Positions 51,123 through 52,779 of a stretch of DNA of 52,779 nt are shown here, in pieces. The notes beneath the pieces were generated by a model. The model made no database searches. It saw only the letters and a program-made list of their open reading frames with translations, and was not told the DNA's origin. How positions within the stretch are numbered: the stretch's first letter is position 1; each line of letters starts with the position of its first letter. The DNA lies in NCBI RefSeq assembly GCF_006345805.1, contig NW_021834447.1, positions 1 through 52,779 of the forward strand, given 5' to 3'. Source of the DNA: Octopus sinensis. Its lineage: Eukaryota. The position numbers and the translations under genes are program-made.

Positions 51123-52779
51123 CAGCATAAACCTAGCCGTCACTGAACTAGCCACTGAAACAAAAAAAAAGCGATATCACTGAACTAAATGACTTGATAT
51201 ACGCAGCAGCCACTGCAGCCACAAAAGAAGCTGGATACTCACCCAAACCCGCCCAAACAGGAGTACCACCACCCAAACAAACCCTGTGGATAAATAACAT
51301 CCAAAACAAAATTTAAAAAATTAGAAAAGACCTGTCGATTCTTAATGAAATCAGCAAACAATCAACGCTACTGAGCAACAAAAAGAGAACAAAAATGCTC
51401 CGCAAATATAACATCACAGAAAAAGATTTGCCGGAGATAAAAGAAAAGCTGAAGCAAGATATCCTTGCCAAAGCTCAAAGGATCCGCCGGTACGAGAAAC
51501 GCCAACGCTTCTTTGAACAGAACAAAAAGTTCAACTCCAACCCCAAAAAGTTCTACCAAGAACTGGAAAAAAATAAAATAGAAGTCACTGCAGCACCAAC
51601 GGCAGAAGAGTTGGAAGAATTCTGGAGAGAAATATGGTCGGCGAACGAACAGCCAAAAAAAAGGAGTATCAAAATAACAAACTCGGCATCTGAACAACTT
51701 TGGACCTCCATAACAACTGAAGAGGTCACCCAGGCACTGCAAAAACTAAGCAACTGGAAGGCACCTGGGCATGACAAGATCCCCAACTTCTGATTGAAAT
51801 ATCTAACAGGAATGCACAAAAAGCTGGCTGAAAACTTTAACAGCATACTAGCAGAGCCAGAGACAATGCCTGAATGGCTCACGAAGGGGAAAACCATCTT
51901 AATTCCCAAATCAAATGAAACAGCAAAACCAGAAAACTACAGGCCAATAACCTGCCTCCCTACTATGTTCAAGGCATTTACTGCAGTGATATCGCAAAGG
52001 CTGAACAAGCACCTGGACGAAAACAAACTGTTCCCAGAAGAGCAGAAAGGATGCCGCAAGGGCTCATATGGCTGTAAAGATCAACTAATGATTAATAAAG
52101 CCGTAACTGAAGACAGCCACAGAAAGAAGAAAGGCCTCAGTATGGCCTGGATTGACTACAAAAAGGCGTTTGATAGCATCCCCCACACATGGATCCTCGA
52201 AACACTAGCCATTAACAAAGTAGCACCAACAATCATAAAATTCATAGAGCACTCTATGAATAAATGGCAAACAGTCCTACACCTCCAAACAAAAGAGGGA
52301 CTCATGAAAACCAAAGACATCCCCATTAGAAGAGGAATATTCCAGGGAGACACGCTCTCTCCACTCCTTTTCTGCTTGGCACTGTCACCTCTATCTGATA
52401 TGCTAAATAGAACTGGATGCGGATATAAATGTTACGGCAAAAATATCAGCCACCTTTTATATATGGATGACCTAAAACTATACGCTGCAAATGACAAACA
52501 CTATTAAAGACAGTTCATGGATTTACCAAAGAAATAGATATGAAATTTGGATTAGAAAAATGCGCCAAAGTAACCATGAAAAGAGGAAAACTAGTTAAGA
52601 GTAACAACATCACACTAGATAAAACCAATGAAATAAAAGAATTAGACCAAAGCCAAACTTACAAATACTTAGGAATCCATGAACTAGATAAGACACAACA
52701 CACACAAATGAAAGAGAAAATAAAAAAAGAATATTATAGACGAGTTAGATCGATACTAAAAACAGAGCTCAATGCTAAA
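51123..52779 (+). mobile_element. Long Dong-like element, copy B (cut by the window end)
   Basis: ORFs 51395-51793 and 51794-52507 encode the same proteins as copy A, with the same stop and frameshift. Confidence 0.9.

Overview
Repeat-saturated animal genomic DNA, most likely octopus (inferred from the SINE set and the dense (AAT)n, (GATA)n, (TA)n and (TG)n microsatellites). I find no convincing host protein-coding gene; most ORFs in the track are microsatellite translations or antisense frames of retroelements. The window is a ~29.0-29.1 kb unit (1-~29070) followed by a near-identical copy (~29071-52779, matching 1-~23670). The copies differ mainly by 1-nt indels and microsatellite lengths, so an assembly or haplotype artefact is a serious possibility. 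Each unit holds: a 5'-truncated Tx1-clade LINE (~3.4 kb) bracketed by (GATA)n at both ends; R4/Dong-like RLE retrotransposons in (AAT)n; a decayed Penelope-like element; tRNA-derived SINEs; a degenerate 5S rRNA copy; and two adjacent inverted-repeat elements. Two CR1 pieces, one internally deleted but still in frame, lie in the part of the unit seen only once. The strongest non-obvious signal is a type I hammerhead ribozyme with an intact core (18255-18351; copy 47322-47418). Three further variant or decayed hammerhead-like motifs are present. A nested palindrome at 21145-26878 can be reconstructed as an inverted duplication later interrupted by a Dong insertion. Coordinates were read by eye and may be off by a few bases at fuzzy ends.
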